DNA from: Eledone cirrhosa
Lineage: Eukaryota
Direction of reading: 5' to 3'
DNA length: 64,000 bases
Assembly: GCA_964016885.1 (NCBI GenBank)
Contig: OZ024741.1
Span: forward strand, 216,256,001 to 216,320,000
The position numbers and the translations under genes are program-made. The notes below the pieces were generated by a model that ran no database searches, was not told where the DNA came from, and saw nothing but the letters and a program-made list of their open reading frames with translations. Positions 42,139-54,419 of the stretch are shown one piece after another (the stretch's first letter is position 1; every line of letters starts with the position of its first letter).

Positions 42139-42740
42139 GTGTGAATAACTAATAATTTTTTCTACCTTCGGCACAAGGCCAGCAATAACCCAGTGCATTA
42201 CTGGTACTTTATTTTATCAACCCCGTAAGGATGAAAGGCAAAGTTAATCGTTTGGTACACGCGATGAATCGACGGATGTGGGGGCTTTCCCGACTGCACG
42301 CCAGGCGCTCGGGTCGATCAGACTTCCTTGAATGCTTGGAAAAATAAATTTCCCCTTCTTTCAGTAAACGAAAATACTCGGAACGGCTGCTTCGCCCTAG
42401 GGCCCTGTCGGACATGGAACCCGCTGCGACACCGGTTATTGACCGCCAAACAGTACCTTTAAATTCTAGGCTTAATCATAACTATTAACTTTGTCTTGCC
42501 TTAACTAATCCCCCAACAGTGTGAATAACTAGTAATCGTTTGGTATATACAATAGCCGGCGGACAGTGGCGGACTTCCCGCTAACACACCCGACGCTTAA
42601 GACAGTTAACATTCCTGGAGTACTCAGAAAAATAAATTTCCATTTCTTTCGCTAGACGATAATACTCGGAACGGCTGACACGCCGTTAGGCCCCGGACTG
42701 GCCGGGGATCCGCAACGACGCTGGTTATTGACCGCTAAGC
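42139..42740 (+). repeat. Two diverged copies of a ~220-bp GC-richer module (the first interrupted by a SINE fragment at 42158-42247)
   Basis: Shared blocks GTGTGAATAACTA, TAATCGTTTGGTA, AAAAATAAATTTCC, AATACTCGGAACGGCTG and GGTTATTGACCGC. Confidence 0.85.
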
Positions 42741-43284
42741 ATGGGCTTAATCTTTGCTCTATATTCTACCCTGAAACTTTATCGTGACTATCTATAATAC
42801 ACTTTTTCATAAAAGCCTCCTTCTGTAAATTCTTTAACTAAAGCTCCCAACTTTAATCCTAAACCTTATTTTTCTAATTTCATCTTAAATGGCATCTTCT
42901 AACTCTAAACATAAATTTAACGATTCTAATTGTTAATCGTAATTTCTGTCCATACATTATACCATGCAGACGCCCACTATATATTACTATATATAGCTTT
43001 GTTAAAGATATATGTTCTTTGATAACATTATTTCGCGGCACTTTCTAGCACTAATGACCAGCTTGATTGTAACCTGATCTCAACGCTGGCCTCTGTCTTT
43101 GACGGGGAGGTAGTAGTACACTATAAGCCTACGCCCCTTCACCAGATGGACATAAGTAGGATTAATAATCACCACTTGAGGGCGGCCGACCGAGGTAGAA
43201 GCTGCTAAATGTTCGGTCGTCCTCAAGTCTCTGATTTTTCAGCCCCATGGATCTTGTCTATTATATTCCTTTGTTATATTTCGA

Positions 43285-43342
43285 ATACCTGATGATGTCA
43301 CCGGATTCACACTGAACCCGGTCATTGAAATGATCATAGTAT
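43285..43342 (+). ncRNA. Minimal type I hammerhead ribozyme
   Basis: atac-CTGATGA-tgtcACCGG..CCGGTcatt-GAAA-TGATCA-TA-gtat, then AATAAA; (TA)n about 50 nt later. Confidence 0.9.
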
Positions 43343-43620
43343 AATAAACCTTTCAAGGAATTACACCAGTCCAGCCTCCTGTTATTTTATAATATATATA
43401 TATATATATATATATAAAATTTAAATCAAGTGACAGACTGAAAGTGGTACTTCCAATCATTTTTATGACGTTACTAAAATGATTTGAAGTAACATCTTTC
43501 GTTTGTCACTTGGTTATTGTGCAATGTCTTTCTTCCATACGTGATTAATACATTGAGCTCTTTCGCATTTGGTAATAAACGGTTGTTATACCAACCCTTA
43601 TTCATCTCCTATACACACAC

Positions 43621-43656
<36 letters not shown>

Positions 43657-43781
43657 ACATATATTTATATACTTTTCTCCTTTTTTCAAAAAGGATTAAA
43701 GAAGAAGAAAAGATTCTTTAAATAAACTGCCATGCTGTTTCCATTCTTACTTCTTTTCTATAACCTTTGATATATATATAT

Positions 43782-44581
43782 ATATAATTGGATACTTAGT
43801 AAAATCGAATCTCTGGCGGTTTGCAAGCAAATTCGGCCTACTATATGAAATAATGAGTTAGCAAAGCACTCGATAAGGTAGGTCCAGAGTAATAACATAC
43901 GTTTAAATAGCTTGACAAATCGAACATTGTAGTAGGCAAAATCTAACACACAATATACCAAATTAACGAAAGAACTAACAGGTTGAGAAAAATACACCTG
44001 GATAAATCGTTTAAAGTGTTTCTATGAATCCGAAATCAAATATCAGACTTACGTGACTGGCAAGCTCGTGGTATTCATGTTCGAACAGAGGATTCAGTTC
44101 ACCAACAGGTTTTCGTTCTACCAAGGACGGGGCGAAAAGGCTAAATGTTGCCTCTAAGCTGCAGCGTATCGTATCTTTAACTGTCACGTGTTATTTCCAG
44201 CAAGGGAAATAACCCCCGGTTTTTGGCGGGTCATTCAAAATGTTAGGCAAAGGAAATATTTTAATTTCCGCTAATCATCAGAATAAGGTCTCGACCAGAT
44301 GTTATAAAACAAACACAAATAATTAATCAACAGAATTGTGTAATTAAATTAATTAGTTAATTATTAAATCTAGGAGAATAATATAATTGGATACTTAGTA
44401 AAATCGAATCTCTGGTGGTTTGCAAGCAAATTCGGCCTACTATATGAAATAATTGTTTCTACTTTTGGCACAAGGCCAGCAATTACACAGTACATTACTG
44501 GTACTTTATTTTATCGACCCCGTAAGGATGAAAGGCAAAGTTAACCTCGGCGGGATATAATGAGTTAGCAAAGCACTCGAT

Positions 44582-44587
<6 letters not shown>
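43782..44587. mobile_element. Element bounded by ~100-bp direct repeats, lying in (TA)n; second repeat interrupted by a 5'-truncated SINE (44455-44556)
   Basis: TATAATTGGATACTTAG..CACTCGATAAGGTA at 43782-43880 and 44382-44587; ATAAT duplicated around the SINE. Confidence 0.7.
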
Positions 44588-44616
<29 letters not shown>

Positions 44617-45067
44617 AAATGTGTGAGATCCTTGGTACAGTTAGGTATATTTGAAAAAAAGGAAAAGAATTACTTCACTTGTAGTTCTAAATAATTTGAT
44701 TTAATTTTATAATATTATGAGTTGGTAGATCTGTGGAATCTTTAAAATTCTTCCCACCGAAGTTAACAAAAAACTTACTAGATCTACCAAATTATGATAT
44801 TATAATAATAAAAAATTAAATCAAATTATTTAGAACTAAAAAGATGTCATTTTTTCCTTCTTTTCAATTACAAAACGGTTTTTTTTTTCCTTTCAGGTAG
44901 ACGCCTGCCATCGTCCACTATTCTAAAAAAACAAATCATACACAAAACGCCAGCACCAACAGTTTTGCAAGAGATGTCAACATGAATGGACCTGTTATTT
45001 TTATCTAAAGAGATTTTTTCCTATTCCAACCCACCCGTCCCCTCAATCTATTTTATTTCGCATTCTT

Positions 45068-45103
45068 TCTTCTGATGAAGGACTAGCTTCGAAAACGTTA
45101 AGA
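45068..45103 (+). ncRNA. Minimal hammerhead ribozyme (family B, weak stem I)
   Basis: CTGATGA-AGG.actag.CTT-c-GAAA-ACGT-TA-aga, palindrome AACGTT. Confidence 0.7.
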
Positions 45104-45487
45104 CCCTCTTCCTGCTATATCAAGCGTTAACCTAATATATACCTTCCATATACTGTACTGATTGTGTTGTTATTTCTGTTTACCTTTTACATACATATGT
45201 ATATATTTAATACATTAACAGAGAAAGCCTTAAGCGATACTCTGACCAACTCCATCTCACTCAACAAACATTAGGATATACCTAAGTATTTTCCCAATTT
45301 AGTGTTTGGGGTGCTAACTAATCAGTATTTCGTGGATAGCTGGTTGTATTATTTTATATGAGACATAAATAAATATCTCTTTCCTTCCAGGCGGCTGTTT
45401 CGTTATAAGATTTCTACAATTTTACATATATATATATAATAAGGAAAAGCGAAGTAGTTTCATATGTTCGAGTCTTTTAATAATAAT

Positions 45488-45561
45488 GCTGTGATATATA
45501 TTTCAATGACGACACTAGCCACACTGTTCTGTGTGCGAGTGTCGCGACATCGTCAGACAGC
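45488..45561 (-). ncRNA. Type I hammerhead ribozyme (same family as 41328)
   Basis: gctgt-CTGACGA-tgtcGCGACACT...AGTGTCGTcatt-GAAA-TATATA-TC-acagc. Confidence 0.88.
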
Positions 45562-45789
45562 TTGTTACATAATAAGGTTATGTTTCCGAGGCAATCCAAA
45601 TTGAATCGACATGGGAACGGACGAAGTGTGTGCTATTGGGTTCTTCATCCGTTCCCCTGTGAGTACCAATTCACCCCCACCGGTCTGCGCAGGCGCATGT
45701 CCGAAGGAAGTTGACCATTAGCTACCGCAGATTTCAACGAAATTCGCTTAGTCAGTTCCCCCTCTCAGCCAAACAATGATCCATTCAGG

Positions 45790-45831
<42 letters not shown>

Positions 45832-45943
45832 CATATCCCTTCCATATACTGTACCGATTGTGTTGTTATTTCTGTTTACCTTTTACACACACACACATAT
45901 ATATATATGTGTGTGTGTGTATGTGTGTGTGTGTGTGTGTGTG

Positions 45944-46383
45944 TAAGCAAAGAGTTATTTAATGTGTTAGTTATTCAACAAATGTATATATAACAGATTC
46001 GAAGCACTCTATAGGATTTCTTCTGGAGTATAATATCAATATTAATAAATGGAAACTATCTTTATAAAACCATATTTATTTTATTATATATATTTCAAGG
46101 GTACCAACATTTTTTGGTACGCTCTCATCAGATAAAATACAAAAGATGTTTTATAGATAGTGACATTAAAAAACCAGAACTTACCGTTTTAAGTTCTGTT
46201 TGAATATCTATAAAACAACTTTTGTATTTTATCTGATGAGAGCGTATCCTATATATAATAAAATATATATATGGTTTCATAAAGATAGTTGAAATTATAC
46301 TGCAGAAGAATCATGTAGACTGCTTCGAATCTGTTATAAATAAATTTGTTGAATAACCAACAAATTAAATAACTCTTTGCTTA
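45944..46383. mobile_element. Head-to-head inverted terminal-repeat pair with hammerhead
   Basis: 45944-46159 is inverted relative to 46204-46383; the right arm has lost part of stem II and GAAA. Confidence 0.78.
46081..46135 (-). ncRNA. Minimal type I hammerhead ribozyme
   Basis: ttat-CTGATGA-gagcGTACCAA..TTGGTACcctt-GAAA-TATATA-TA-ataa. Confidence 0.85.
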
Positions 46384-46825
46384 TATATACATATATGTAA
46401 ATTATAGTGGGAGAATAAGCAACCAAATTCTTGAAAAAGTATTTATTCGTTTACAATCGTTAGAGTTTGTTGTGTATTCTCGAACTATAATTTTTATATT
46501 AACACTCTGCCTATATACTCTTTGCATGGCTTATATTTCTCTTGCGTGCTTTCACTGAACAATTGTCTTGTATTTTAATAGGTATTGAGCATACTGCCCT
46601 CTTCACTACTGGTTTATCATTCTCATATCTAATCTCTAATCTCTCCTTCTTGATTGGATTGTACACTTACATATGATACACACACACACATACACACACA
46701 TATATATATATATATATCCATACATACATGTATGTATGTATGTATATGTATATACACACAGAAACAAAATGGCGTAGGATAGAAGAAAGAAAAGGCACAG
46801 AAACGAAGAGAAGAAAGGAATCCCC

Positions 46826-46870
46826 AGTCACTGAAGAGGTCACAGAGTGTGTGACGAAAGGACTATGACT
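46826..46870 (+). ncRNA. Minimal type I hammerhead ribozyme (degenerate sister copy at 37656-37695)
   Basis: agtca-CTGAAGA-gGTCACA.gagtg.TGTGAC-GAAA-GGAC-TA-tgact; downstream 46968-47025 matches 37748-37805. Confidence 0.85.
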
Positions 46871-47035
46871 ATATATATAAACAACTATCTGGTTGTGGAA
46901 CCAACCAACCAACCAGAAATTTATAGGTTTGTAGATTTGTAAATTTATAAATTTATAAATATATAATAAATTGAAGTGAAAGGCAACTGGTGCGTGTGTT
47001 TCTTATTGGCAACATGACCCTCCCAAAGTATAACT

Positions 47036-47082
<47 letters not shown>

Positions 47083-47286
47083 CATACAAACATGTATGTA
47101 TGGATATATATATGTGTGTATGGATATATATATATATATATATGTAGAAGTAGTTCCACAACAGTTAGTTCACCATACCGAGAACAAAACACTTTAAAAC
47201 TGGTTAGACCATTACTCAACAGAGTAATATACTTAACGTAGTACAGTATGGCTATATAATGAAGAGCCGTGAACTTACTCTTTATA

Positions 47287-47372
<86 letters not shown>

Positions 47373-47448
47373 CGAAGGAAATGTGGTAAGGAACCAGGTG
47401 GACCGTAACGCACCAAAGTACTCAATACTTGAGGTAGTAGAGTGGGTA

Positions 47449-48677
47449 ATAGGAACCAGTAAGACCCCGACAGCTGAGCTCAAGCCGTTTCGACGGCTAA
47501 TTCTGGACTAAATGAAAATTTATCCTGGTATTTAAATAGCCGATCTTCTCAAGGGGTAATTCCATATATGGTCAAAGTGATTGTCAAAAATCAGTAGTAA
47601 TTCTGTGGTTGCAAATTAGTAGGGGAGATGGTGGCTAAACCTGCCAGTAGGAGAAAGAGGGGAGGGGGTGGAGTAGACCCAATCAAGCGTTGGTAGTGCC
47701 AGCTACAGCTGGGCATGAGGTCAAAGAAGATACAGGGGAGGGGGAGGGGGAGGAAGTCGGAACGGTAGGTAGAACAATGGTGGGTAGAAATATATAGGAA
47801 AGAAAAAATACTGAGAGTGAAGAAAAGCAAATAAGTGTAAAGAAAAAAGTAAAGTAAATTAAATTCTACGACCTAGGTCTCAGGCTATTGTTAGGCTAGA
47901 ATAAAATAAAGAAAGAAAGAAAGAAGTAAAGAAAGAAATAAATAAAGAAATAACGAAATAAGTAAAAGAACTAGGTGGGACGGAATAGGCAAGGACCCTT
48001 TTAAGAGGTATAAGTACGTAAATGATACGGTGACGGGTCAACAAAAGGGGCCAAAATACTAAAGAGACTACCACGAAATAAACAATAAAGGTTTCCATCC
48101 CGGGCCAGCAACGACCCAGTGCAGCAAAGTGAACTTGTACGAGATAATAATTCTGTCCTACCTAGTTCTTTTACTTATTTCGTTATTTCTTTATTTATTT
48201 CTTTACTTCTTTCTTTCTTTCTTTATTTTATTCTAGCCTAACAATAGCCTGAGACCTAGGTCGTAGAATTTAATTTACTTTACTTTTTTCTTTACACTTA
48301 TTTGCTTTTCTTCACTCTCAGTATTTTTTCTTTCCTATATATTTCTACCCACCATTGTTCTACCTACCGTTCCGACTTCCTCCCCCTCCCCCTCCCCTGT
48401 ATCTTCTTTGACCTCATGCCCAGCTGTAGCTGGCACTACCAACGCTTGATTGGGTCTACTCCACCCCTCCCCTCTTTCTCCTACTGGCAGGTTTAGCCAC
48501 CATCTCCCCTACTAATTTGCAACCACAGAATTACTACTGATTTTTGACAATCACTTTGACCATATATGGAATTACCCCTTGAGAAGATCGGCTATTTAAA
48601 TACCAGGATAAATTTTCATTTAGTCCAGAATTAGCCGTCGAAACGGCTTGAGCTCAGCTGTCGGGGTCTTACTGGTT

Positions 48678-48681
<4 letters not shown>
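47449..48681. mobile_element. Near-perfect ~525-bp inverted-repeat pair in (TA)n, probably Penelope-type
   Basis: 47449-47980 is the reverse complement of about 48155-48681; contains CGGCTA..TAGCCGtcGAAAC but no intact CTGANGA. Confidence 0.7.
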
Positions 48682-48729
<48 letters not shown>

Positions 48730-48771
48730 GATAACAAGGAATCAGTGATGCATTAAAACATAATTTATTAA

Positions 48772-48861
48772 CATATTACATATGATTCTCCGACGATCAG
48801 CTCAAGGCAGGATCTATTGTAGATCGAACCTCACTCTGCACTCGTAAGGTCCTCAGATATG
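48772..48861 (-). ncRNA. Hammerhead with one core substitution (GAAT) and long stem II insert
   Basis: catat-CTGAGGA-cc..gga-GAAT-CATATG-TA-atatg. Confidence 0.65.
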
Positions 48862-48887
48862 TTTAACGTTTTCAAGGCATTTCTTCA

Positions 48888-48940
<53 letters not shown>

Positions 48941-49139
48941 TTTAATACGATAACAGAGAAAGCTTTAAGCTAATCTCCGACTGGTAACCATCTCACTCAA
49001 CAAACATTAGGATATACGTTAGTATAATCCCAATTTTGTGTTTGGGGTGCTAACTATATGTATTTTGTGGAAAGCCAGTTGTATTATTTTATATGAGATA
49101 TAATTAAAATTAAAATATATCATATATATACATATATGA

Positions 49140-49275
49140 AGGGCTTTTTCTGTTTCCGAATACCAAATTTCACTGAAAGGGCGGCACTTGTGCGAGGCGC
49201 TGCGTAATAGGAGTGAACCTAAAACCAGAGGGGTTGCCGAATGAACTCTTTAACCACACAGCCATGAGTGTGCCT
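49140..49275 (-). mobile_element. Diverged tRNA-derived SINE family 3
   Basis: Minus strand ATGGCTGTGTGGTTAAAGAG (A-box-like) ... GGTTCACTCC (B-box-like) ... GCACAAGTG. Confidence 0.55.
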
Positions 49276-49559
49276 GTAACAGTACTTCTGGCCTGAAATA
49301 TGGCCTAGTTTGAGAAAAGACATGAGGAAAGATCCCTGGATAAATAGATGCAATTATTTGATAAGACATCAGTACAGATTCAGTAGGACACAGCCTCATT
49401 AGATGGACAGGATGATATCAAATATATTTTGTAAAATTACGAATTTAAAATTGTTTATATTCGCTATTATTGTTTCAAATATAAAACCAGAGTTTGGGTG
49501 TGAAATAGAACGGAAGATCTTTGATAAAAGTCTCGGTAAATCCCATTAGAATTGTTGTT

Positions 49560-49590
<31 letters not shown>

Positions 49591-49601
49591 CTCTCTCTCT
49601 C

Positions 49602-49639
<38 letters not shown>

Positions 49640-49743
49640 CCCTTCTTTCTCTCTTCCATTTCTACTCTATCTTCCCCAATAACTTCCTTTAAGAAATACA
49701 TGGGTATTTACATTTTAACCATTCTGCTCTGAGGAAATGGTAG

Positions 49744-49978
49744 AAGCAGCATTTGAAAATTGAGTTTCTGCAAACAAATAATTACCAATTTGCACATAGC
49801 ATGACTAGGCTGTATAACTACTGTTGAAACATTAGACATCATAAACAGGTAGACATCATAAAAAGGTAATTTATTCCGTGTGCTTACAAATGTTTCAACA
49901 GTAGTTAAACAGACTAGTCATGCTATGTGCAAATTGGTAATTATTTGTTTGTTGAAACTCAATTTTCAAATGCTGCTT
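49744..49978. repeat. Inverted repeat with ~89-bp arms, MITE- or foldback-like
   Basis: 49744-49832 versus 49889-49978. Similar diverged hairpins at 44653-44867 and 50839-51020. Confidence 0.75.
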
Positions 49979-50189
49979 ATATATATGTAAGATACAGAGC
50001 TTAGCATTGTTTTGAAAATTAGCTTTGTTTACAAACAGCGGAGAATTTGAAGATTAGAGAGCTTCCGCTGTATTTTTGACAAAGAAAATCTAAACTATAA
50101 TAAAGGAAGGTCTGCGGAATTGCGTACGGTTTTTTGTTTTTTTATCCCGTTTGTAAAATAAGTTGGATTACTTTGAATAAATATAATTT

Positions 50190-50370
50190 TTTTCTATTTT
50201 AGGCACAAGGCCAGCAATTATTCAGTACATTACTGGTACTTTATTTTATCGACCCCGTAAGGATGAAAGGCAAAGTTAACCTCGGCTGGATTTGAACTCA
50301 GATCGTAAAGGGGCTTAACTATGCTGGAAAGCATGTCCGACCCTCTATCGATACTGCCAATTCACCGCCC
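50190..50370 (-). mobile_element. SINE family 1 with 16-bp target-site duplication
   Basis: TTACTTTGAATAAATA at 50168-50183 and 50371-50386. Confidence 0.9.
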
Positions 50371-51227
50371 TTACTTTGAATAAATAATGAATGAATATTA
50401 CATAATTTATCTACTCAATTTCGTAAACAAAAATAATTTCGTAAAAATAAATAATTTCAAATTGACTTCTTTTCAAAGTTGCACTTCCGGTATATCATCG
50501 CTACCACCAGCACCACTTCAACTACCATATATATAGAAAGAGAGAGTCCGTGATGTCAACACTTCCGGTGGCGATCGCTTAAATAAACATTCATATATTT
50601 CCGTCACTAATTTTCTCCTAATGCAGTTTATATATAATATCGTCTGTTTTAATGTATCATGGATTTCGTTACTGATTACATAAGACAGTGTAACGCAGTC
50701 TTCGTTCAATTTCTGTGTATATTGTCAATTACGATTTTATTTGATGTATCATATCTACATGTATATATACCTGTGTATAATATCAATATACACACTACAC
50801 ATGCTAGCAGAAAACCACCCGATGGGTGGTCTTTCTGCTAGTTAGCCTAATAGTTGGAGTTATAAAAATCACCCTGATTGGGAAAAGGATATGAGCATTG
50901 ACGTACCTGGAACACGAACCCACATCTTTGGCTATCATGACCACTGTGTCCCATGTACGTCAATGATCATCCTTCTTCCAATCTGTGGGTTTTTGTAACT
51001 CCAGCTATTAGGCTAACTTACTTAGACGAAAAACGGCGGAAACCTCTATTTCACTATATATATATATATAATACTGCATTATGAGTTCAAATCCCGCTGA
51101 GGTTAGCGTTGCCTTTCATCCTTACGGGGTCGATAAAATAAAGTACCAGTAACACAGTGGAGTAGATTTAATCGACTTTTCCATCTCTCAAAATTGTTGG
51201 CCTTGTGCCTAAATCAGAAGCGATTAT

Positions 51228-53750
51228 TATTATTATATTTGGGTGTGTTTTGTGTTTGTTCCAGCAGAATCTAAGTCTCACCCAGAGATATACTGTACAA
51301 CTCTATCATGTCTGTTGAGATACTCTGAGGGAACTAGGATCTTATACATGGAAACATTGTCATCAGCGGTTTCAGGCTATTATTAATATATTTGAGGGTC
51401 GGATTGGCAGTATCGGTAGAGGGTCGGACGCCATGCTTTGCAGCATAGAGTTACGGCGCTTTACGATCTGAGTTCAAATCCTGCCGAGCTTAACTTTGCC
51501 TTTCATCATTATGGGGTCTATGAAATAAAGTACCGATAATGCACTGGGATAATTGCTGGCCTTGTGTCAAAAGTAGAAACAATTATTAATATATTTGACA
51601 AGTTGAGCTGCTGCCGTTTTTTAATAGGTTAGCCTGATAGATTCTTATAGATACTTATTGATCCTAGACTGTTATAATAAACCATTGTGTCTCTGATTTT
51701 AAGCCAGAGATCACTGATAAGCAAGAGATTTTGTCAACATCTATATTGTTAGCTCTCTTTTGATATTTACCCTAAAGTGGTTTTTCTTACCATTTGCCAG
51801 TAAGATTATACAAGGTTATATTTTTAGTAGGGTTTTTCATGTGTTTAGCCTTTTCTGTGCTTGTTCTTAGTCCAACTAATTTCGGGATTGCTTGTATTTG
51901 GAATTAATTTAAATATTTTCTTGCCTCATTTTTTACTGAATATAATTTTTTGCTATTTTCGTGTTTTAAATCAAGTTTTATCATCAGGTCATCAGAATTT
52001 TTCAGAAAAGTCTTTAAGCCAACCATAGCAGTCTTTTAATGTTTTCTTTAAATAAGTATTTTTTTACATACCGATTAACAGCCACATCTCCAATAAATAT
52101 AGTAAACAGAAAATTTAACACACCAACGACTTCGCTATACGTACATGCAATATTTGCAGCAAAGAGTTACGGCCCTTTATGATCTGAGCTCAAATCCCGC
52201 CGAGGTTAACTTTGCCTTTCATTCTTACGGAGTCGATAAAATAAAGTACCAGTAATACACTAGAATAATTGCTGGCTTTGTGCCAAAAGTAGAAACAAAT
52301 ATTTGCAAGATAGCTTATACCGTAATAATAACCCAAGAAATATTTCTATTAAATAACACATTAAGCTTAAATGTTTTGTGGATTAGCTAGGTTAATATTT
52401 GCTAGTAAGCAGCTGACATCCATCTACAAGACATTGTCCACTGATCCGTTATAATAATTCATTCTCTCCTATTTCATATCTTTTTAAAATATCAACAATG
52501 AATTGTTTTCAATATTAATACAAAACAAGAAACTAAACTCATAGATTTGTACAGAGAAAACACTAAAAGAAGGAAAATATATAAACTTAGGGTCCCCTTC
52601 ACTTGTACTAGTTGTTTAGTGAAGCTCTAAAATATCTTGCAGTACTAACTGAATGCCGGTAAAATCATATGCAAAAAGTTTGACACTTTCAAGCCTATGG
52701 ACAACCTGTGTAGAAATCCATATTTTTATTTATTTCAAGTCTATGGACAACCTGTGTAGAAAACAACTAATACGATTTTAAAGTAATTCCCATTGTGTCG
52801 GTTATAAATCGTTTGGACTCTTCCAAAATATCTTCAAACATTTGAGCCGTTTTATTGCTTCAGGCGGGATTGTTGCTTCTAATATAGAGTCAACTCTTTT
52901 CCCAGATGAAAGATAACTTTAAAGTTTTCCCCAGATTATTTAACTTGCATATTTTCTCTGCAGATCTCAATACTTCTGTAGTATAAAGATTTGAAGCTTG
53001 AAAAGTTGCAGTTGCAGTCACGACATTTAAAATAAGTCAAGCAAAATAAAGATAAAATCTTATTGGGTTCATCTTAAGAAGACATATTTAGATTATGCAA
53101 TATGTAATTCTTTTCCATTTTAATACTTGACATAAACTACGCCTTGAGATCTTTTCACAGCAACAACCTTATCTAAATACCATTCCCTCGAATTATTGGC
53201 AGTATCGGTAGAGGGTCGGATGCCATGCTTTGAAGCATAGAGTTACCTCCCTGTATGATCTGAGTTCAAATCCCGCCGAGGTTAACTTTGCCTTTCATCC
53301 TTCCGGGGTCGATAGAATAAAGTACCAGTAATGCATTGAGTAATTGCTGGCCTTGTACCAAAACAATTATTTATATCAATGTTGTTCGTTTTTTTTTTAA
53401 ATGGTCAATTACATTGTAACGATTTTCGCTAGTTGTTGATACAACAGGAATTATCCAAGAATAGAACGTTTACACCCTTTGAGTCGTAGAGGTAGAAGAC
53501 CTCTCACACAAGCACATTATTTTTTGTAACTAGTATTTTGGCTTTTTTTAATTTGTTAACTAACTTCTTGTGAACAACTAGAACAATAACACTCTTGATG
53601 AAACCCATGAGTTTTATTTGCTGTAACTTGACCATTCTCCGTACATATTCTTACCAACCTCTGGGGAAACGCCTTCTCTATTCTGTCCACTGGGGCAGCG
53701 GGGCGGCCAGCATGTGGGCCCCCATTTGCTCATAATAGGGAGTTCGGGAG
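51228..53750 (-). pseudogene. Heavily decayed R4/Dong-like non-LTR retrotransposon, interrupted by SINEs (51396-51581, 52156-52297, 53195-53365)
   Basis: Broken minus-strand translation EKPL.GKYQKR..DVDK..SGLKSETQWFII..DQ..RIYQANLLKNGS and SEYLNRHDRVVQYI resembles R4/Dong C-terminal regions; ends in (TAA)n at about 51223-51236. The 5' limit is uncertain. Confidence 0.6.
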
Positions 53751-54012
53751 TGTGGGAGGCAGTGACAGTGGGAGTTTGGGTCCTTTGTGTTCGGACCTTA
53801 CACATACAATAAACAGACTACATATGATTTACTGTAACTTGTTATTTTATTATTTTCGTGGTTGAACCATCAAAGGCTATAGTAATATGATATTTATTCA
53901 TTACATATTGTTTCAAATTTTGTCATTTCTCTATTCTTGTAACTAACCTTAGTAAATATGCTGGAAATATGTAACCAGTTTAAATGACAGTGATTATATA
54001 TTAGGCGTAATA

Positions 54013-54415
54013 TCAATATATATAAAACTGAGGATGTCTGTGTGTGTGGGTGTCTGTGAGTTTTAATTCCTAAAACTCGAGAAGTACTCAACTGATTTTT
54101 TTCAAACTTTACATGTGTATTACTTATGTTTCAGGGAGTGTTATGCACATAAAATTCAACTTTTTGATCCCCTAGGGCCCGCATTAGGTGAAAAACTGCG
54201 TTTTTTTTTCAGTTTTTTTAGGGGTTTTTTGAGGCGTTACGTCAAACCGATTTCCTTGGATTTGTAACTATGTATTAGTCAGTGTCTTCTTCATACCGTG
54301 AGCATAGAAAATCCAACTTTTTTTATGGCCTAGGGCCCGCATCAGGTGAAAAACTTCATTTTTTCAGCTTTTTAGGGCTTTTTAGGGCTTTTTCAGCTTA
54401 TTATGCACATAATTT
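54013..54415 (+). mobile_element. Non-autonomous Helitron-like 5' end with internal repeats
   Basis: TCAATATATATAAAACTGAGGATGTCTGTGTG..AACTCGAGAAGTACTCAACTGATTTT pattern; CCTAGGGCCCGCAT(T/C)AGGTGAAAAACT occurs twice (about 54171 and 54329). No 3' hairpin/CTAG end seen. Confidence 0.5.
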
Positions 54416-54419
54416 TCCA

